A stretch of 64,000 nt of DNA from a virus: IMG/VR virus record IMGVR_UViG_3300027833_000013, positions 64,001 to 128,000 of that record, one strand, 5' to 3'. The notes under the pieces are model-generated. The model saw only the letters and a list, made by a program, of their open reading frames with translations. It searched no databases and had not been told where the DNA came from. Both the position numbers and the translations under genes were made by a program. Shown here in pieces: positions 60,106 through 64,000 of this stretch. How positions within the stretch are numbered: position 1 is the first letter of the stretch; each line of letters opens with the position of its first letter.

Positions 60106-61106
60106 TGAGTAAAAAAAGTAAGCTAGAAAAGGTATCTCAATCGCAACTAGCAAAGACCATAGTAACGAACAAGACAATACAGAAAGATAATTACGACAGT
60201 CCTGGTAGCGATTGGGATAATGTTTCCCACTTAGGGGTTGATCATCTAGATACATCAGCAGTTTCACCTTTTCGAGTTAAATCATTTGATGATCTTAGAA
60301 ACTATGGCCCGTGGCAACCACTGCACCTATTAAGAAAACGTGCAGGCGAAACTCGTGAGAATGTATCATTCGATGTGCCCTGGGTACACGAAACTGAAAT
60401 TCCATATCTTAAAGAACAGCCTTGGAAATATAGAATAAATGAATACGGATTTAGAGACGAATGGAAATTTAAAACTAAACGTGCAAACATAGGCTACTTT
60501 GGATGCAGTATGACATATGGTGAAGGCGTCGATACCCCAGATCTATGGAGTACTCATATAACAAATGCGTATAAGTTAACAGGGTTAAACTTTGGTGTAG
60601 GCGGCGCCGGTCCTTTGCGTGTAGCAAGAACATTTGCCGCAGTACAGCAAACAATGAAATTAAAGTATGCTATAATAATGCTACCACAAATCTCAAGAGT
60701 AGAACTATGGCAATACAACAATTATCAGCAACCAAAACAGCATCCTAGATTACATACTATAAACTTAATTCCTAATTTTCCACCTAGTCCTACAGATTTT
60801 ACGGGAGGAGATGACGTGTATAATGATTACTTTAAAGTTATGACAGATGAACAATCAATTAGTCAGTGTGTACAAGCGTGTAATTGGATAACTCAAACAG
60901 CAAGAGCAAACAAGACTCGGGTACTATTCTGTTCTTGGGATCCGTTTAGTTTATGGGCTATGCACAATGCAGGAGTTCCTAATTTGCATAATAAAATGTT
61001 TAAAAGGCTAGACTTAGGTAGAGATCAAATGCACCCGGGCCCGGAGTCTAATTTACAATTTAGTAAAAGTATAAGAAGGTGGATAGATGCTAACCCTTGG
61101 CTTTAG
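60105..61106 (+). CDS. SGNH-hydrolase-like protein
   Basis: YFGCSMTYGEG (block I variant), NFGVGG (block II), C-terminal D.MHPG. Confidence 0.55.
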   Translation: MSKKSKLEKVSQSQLAKTIVTNKTIQKDNYDSPGSDWDNVSHLGVDHLDTSAVSPFRVKSFDDLRNYGPWQPLHLLRKRAGETRENVSFDVPWVHETEIPYLKEQPWKYRINEYGFRDEWKFKTKRANIGYFGCSMTYGEGVDTPDLWSTHITNAYKLTGLNFGVGGAGPLRVARTFAAVQQTMKLKYAIIMLPQISRVELWQYNNYQQPKQHPRLHTINLIPNFPPSPTDFTGGDDVYNDYFKVMTDEQSISQCVQACNWITQTARANKTRVLFCSWDPFSLWAMHNAGVPNLHNKMFKRLDLGRDQMHPGPESNLQFSKSIRRWIDANPWL

Positions 61107-62034
61107 AAATATACACGGCGTTAGTACTAGTATTAATTTACTGCCAGATAACACCGAAACATCATTAGTATGGCAATCTGCATTAGACACTTTATTAGAA
61201 ACGCACAATGATAAAATATTTCAAAAGAACTTTAGTCTATTAGGACATCCTACACATAATAGATCTAAACAGCACATGATAAATGATCTAGAACGAAGTG
61301 TTAACATTGTAAACATACATACAGAATACGAAATTGACGAAGACTTTTCTACATTTGATCAAGAAACATTAAACAGATTGCATCATCATTTTGAAATATT
61401 ACAAGGACAACTTTGGAACCCCAGTTCATTTTTAACTACAGCGTCTGGAGAAGTGCGGTGTGCAATATGTTATTTAAATCATTGCTGTCATGAACTAGAA
61501 GCATATTATGATTCGTATGAAAAGGAATATACTAACTATAACGGTTATTTTTACTATAACTTGTTAGGTATAACAGATAGAACTGACATGCCGCTAGGAA
61601 TAAAAAAGCAATTTACTACTGACATAACTGACGGCATGGTATATTTACATTATGCTCAAACAGGTAAAACTTGGTACGAAGCATACTTAGATAACGATTT
61701 AGAAATAGACCCTAGCAATATATCAGAACATAGGGTTATCACAGGCGAATTTAATTTATACTCTGGACCAGGGTTTAGTTTTCCAACAGACAGTAATTTT
61801 ACATCATGGTTAGAATCAAAAAATGTAGATCCTAATGATTCTGATTTAGCATTAGGATATGCACCAGTTGCAACAGTAGATGTACCATATACTGAACTAC
61901 AAGAAATATTAAAAGAATACGATGACTTTCATAGTATTGAATTTAATGGTAAAAAAATTGAATATAACTATAGACATACCGACCTAGAGTATGTTATAAT
62001 GTTAGAACATATGTGGAGTAAATGGAATGTATGA
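61087..62034 (+). CDS. Hypothetical protein (His-rich motifs)
   Basis: LNRLHHHFE and LNHCCHELE motifs; embedded in the operon. Confidence 0.65.
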   Translation: MLTLGFRNIHGVSTSINLLPDNTETSLVWQSALDTLLETHNDKIFQKNFSLLGHPTHNRSKQHMINDLERSVNIVNIHTEYEIDEDFSTFDQETLNRLHHHFEILQGQLWNPSSFLTTASGEVRCAICYLNHCCHELEAYYDSYEKEYTNYNGYFYYNLLGITDRTDMPLGIKKQFTTDITDGMVYLHYAQTGKTWYEAYLDNDLEIDPSNISEHRVITGEFNLYSGPGFSFPTDSNFTSWLESKNVDPNDSDLALGYAPVATVDVPYTELQEILKEYDDFHSIEFNGKKIEYNYRHTDLEYVIMLEHMWSKWNV

Positions 62035-62707
62035 CATTATTTTTATAAGCTATAATGAACCAGAAGCTGATGCTAACTGGGAACGTCTTACTGAAACATA
62101 CTTCTGGGCTAAACGTGTACACGGTGTAACTGGAATTCATCAAGCCCACATACAAGGTGCTAAACTAGCTAACACAGAAATGGTTTGGTTTGTTGATGCA
62201 GATGCAATAGTAATGGATGACTTTGACTTTAGTTACGAACCTGATAAAGATAACCTAGACACAGTGCATGTATGGCGTAGTCAAAACCCGGTTAACGGAT
62301 TAGTGTACGGCAACGGCGGAATAAAACTATTTCCTCGTCAGCTTACTATTGACATGGATTTGTCACAACCTGATATGACAACTAGTATAACGCACAAATT
62401 TAAAGTAATGCACGAAATTGCAAACATTACAGCATTTAATACCAACCCTTTCAGTACATGGCGTAGTGCATTTAGAGAATGTGCAAAATTAAGCAGTAAA
62501 GTAATTGATCGGCAAAAAAATGAAGAAACAGATAGTAGACTGGATACGTGGTGTACCGTTGGGCGTGAAAACTTATTTGGTGACTATGCTATTCGTGGTT
62601 CCATTGCTGGGCGTAAGTATGGCGCTACTCATCAAGGCGATACTGCCGCTTTAAGATTAGTAAACAATTATGATTGGCTAAAGGAGCAATTTGATGCAGA
62701 CGTTTGA
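62027..62707 (+). CDS. Glycosyltransferase-like protein (paralogue of 55137-56057)
   Basis: DIIFISYNEP...RVHGVTG...VDAD...NGLVYGNGG...WRSAFRE. Confidence 0.6.
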   Translation: MYDIIFISYNEPEADANWERLTETYFWAKRVHGVTGIHQAHIQGAKLANTEMVWFVDADAIVMDDFDFSYEPDKDNLDTVHVWRSQNPVNGLVYGNGGIKLFPRQLTIDMDLSQPDMTTSITHKFKVMHEIANITAFNTNPFSTWRSAFRECAKLSSKVIDRQKNEETDSRLDTWCTVGRENLFGDYAIRGSIAGRKYGATHQGDTAALRLVNNYDWLKEQFDADV

Positions 62708-63659
62708 ACTACTAGATAGATTTGAACTTCTGTATCCTACTAACAGTAAGTTAGCTGATTTGCGCCGGGCATATATTGACAAAGACCTAAGCAGTATTTT
62801 TAGATTACTAAATGCTGACGAAGAGTTGCGTAAAGCAATTATGGAAAAAAACTTACACAGTATTTTTAGAATTGTAGATACTTTTGATACTGAAGAACTT
62901 CGTAAAGCAGTGGTTGAAGATAATTTGCATAGTATTTTTAGATTAGTTGAAGATGAAGATTTACGCAAGTTAATTATGGAAGATAACACTTGGAAGTTGT
63001 GGCCGGTACTACACAACTATACTGACACACAATTTGTTGAAGCATTTAAAAACTTCTTTGTTAACGAAACAGAGATATGGGACGATTGTTTTAGTCGCGG
63101 TCAAATAGAAAGTAAACTATGGTTAATAAAAGAACTTAAAAAGTGCAATATAGATCTTGGTATAGTATTTCTATGTGGCGGCTGGTACGCTACATTAGCT
63201 ACTATGTTGTTTGAAAGTACAATTAACGTAGATAAGATACGTAGTTTTGATATTGATCCTAGTTGCCGAAGTATTGCTGAAACATTTAATAAACCGTGGG
63301 TTAAGGATAACTGGCAATTCAAATCATCTACAAAAGATATCATGGATATTAATTATGAGTTTGAAAGTTACGAAGTAATTAGAGCTGACGGAACAACGTG
63401 TCCTTTAGATGATACGCCAGACACAATTATCAATACAAGTTGTGAACATATTGAAAACTTTTCAAAATGGTATGATCTAATACCAGACGGTAAACTAGTT
63501 ATACTACAAAGCAATAACTTTTTTGAAGTAGAGGAACATGTTAATTGTGTTGGAAGTATAGAAGAGTTTGCGGTAAAGGCACCTATGGATAATATTTTAT
63601 ACAGCGGCGAATTAGAGTTGCCCAAATACAAAAGGTTTATGTTAATTGGATATAAGTGA
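62691..63659 (+). CDS. Class I SAM-dependent methyltransferase-like protein with N-terminal helical repeats
   Basis: LCGGWYA motif I variant, SFDID, DTIINTSCEH. Confidence 0.6.
   Translation: MMQTFELLDRFELLYPTNSKLADLRRAYIDKDLSSIFRLLNADEELRKAIMEKNLHSIFRIVDTFDTEELRKAVVEDNLHSIFRLVEDEDLRKLIMEDNTWKLWPVLHNYTDTQFVEAFKNFFVNETEIWDDCFSRGQIESKLWLIKELKKCNIDLGIVFLCGGWYATLATMLFESTINVDKIRSFDIDPSCRSIAETFNKPWVKDNWQFKSSTKDIMDINYEFESYEVIRADGTTCPLDDTPDTIINTSCEHIENFSKWYDLIPDGKLVILQSNNFFEVEEHVNCVGSIEEFAVKAPMDNILYSGELELPKYKRFMLIGYK
62760..62990 (+). repeat. 3.5 intragenic ~22-24-aa tandem repeats
   Basis: LRRAYIDKDLSSIFRLL / LRKAIMEKNLHSIFRIV / LRKAVVEDNLHSIFRLV / LRKLIMEDN; agtatttttaga occurs three times. Confidence 0.8.
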
Positions 63660-63882
63660 TCTTACACTCAGACAGCTTCAGACTGAAAGTGCTAGGGCAC
63701 TAAGTACTATGCAAGCCACTAATAACAATATACATCAATTTAATAAACAAGCACATCATAATAGTCAAAATTGGTATAGTGCTGTTATTAATTGGTACAT
63801 TGAACAGTACGGAGATTTGCCAAGTAAAGTCGGTCCTGGTAAAGACGTTAAACTAATGATGGAGGAACTTAATGATATTTGA
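63646..63882 (+). CDS. Hypothetical protein, 78 aa
   Basis: TTG start overlapping the previous gene; fills the operon gap. Confidence 0.55.
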   Translation: MDISDLTLRQLQTESARALSTMQATNNNIHQFNKQAHHNSQNWYSAVINWYIEQYGDLPSKVGPGKDVKLMMEELNDI

Positions 63883-64000
63883 AAATTCACAAGATACTTG
63901 GTCTATAGATCTATGGCCTGACATTACTGACATAGGCCTAAAAATTTCAGGTGGTGCCGACAGTGCCATTGTAGCATACATGTTAGCATTATATGTCACA
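63872..64000 (+). CDS. PP-loop (adenine nucleotide alpha-hydrolase; QueC/TilS-like) protein, 3'-truncated; not in ORF track
   Basis: GGAGG RBS, ATG 63872, MIFENSQDTWSIDLWPDITDIGLKISGGADSAIVAYML with SGGxDS motif. Confidence 0.7.
   Translation, partial: MIFENSQDTWSIDLWPDITDIGLKISGGADSAIVAYMLALYVT

Noticed and set aside
1-64000. Alternative genetic code (stop-codon reassignment, as in some large phages)
   Set aside because: Standard-code ORFs tile the window densely, including a 4933-aa ORF, and TAG and TGA act as normal stops (for example gp46, gp47, gp21).

Overview
AT-rich segment of a large, T4-related myovirus (probably jumbo-type) phage genome in the standard genetic code. It has four blocks. 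(1) 1-18.9 kb, mostly minus strand: virion proteins, tRNA-Gly(TCC), and the head module (major capsid gp23, scaffold, prohead protease gp21, acidic core protein, portal gp20). It also holds a tape-measure-like gene, a divergent gp26-like chaperone, two putative internal head proteins, a stand-alone GIY-YIG nuclease, gp46/gp47 and the late sigma factor gp55. (2) 19-45.5 kb, plus strand: baseplate module with a gp5-like spike carrying a GH19 domain, an NlpC/P60-like peptidase, gp25, gp6 and a 4933-aa wedge/adhesin-like protein. (3) 45.5-52.4 kb: tail-fibre paralogues. (4) 52.5-64 kb: a sigma70-type promoter followed by a tightly packed cluster of glycosyltransferase-like, radical SAM, SGNH-like, methyltransferase and PP-loop genes. 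The three most notable unannotated signals are: a roughly 520-nt highly structured non-coding region directly downstream of the GIY-YIG gene (candidate large ncRNA plus mini-hairpin array); a canonical -1 ribosomal frameshift cassette at the end of the gp26-like gene; and a possible phage-encoded glycan synthesis/tailoring system. All family assignments come from motif recognition by eye; no database search was run.
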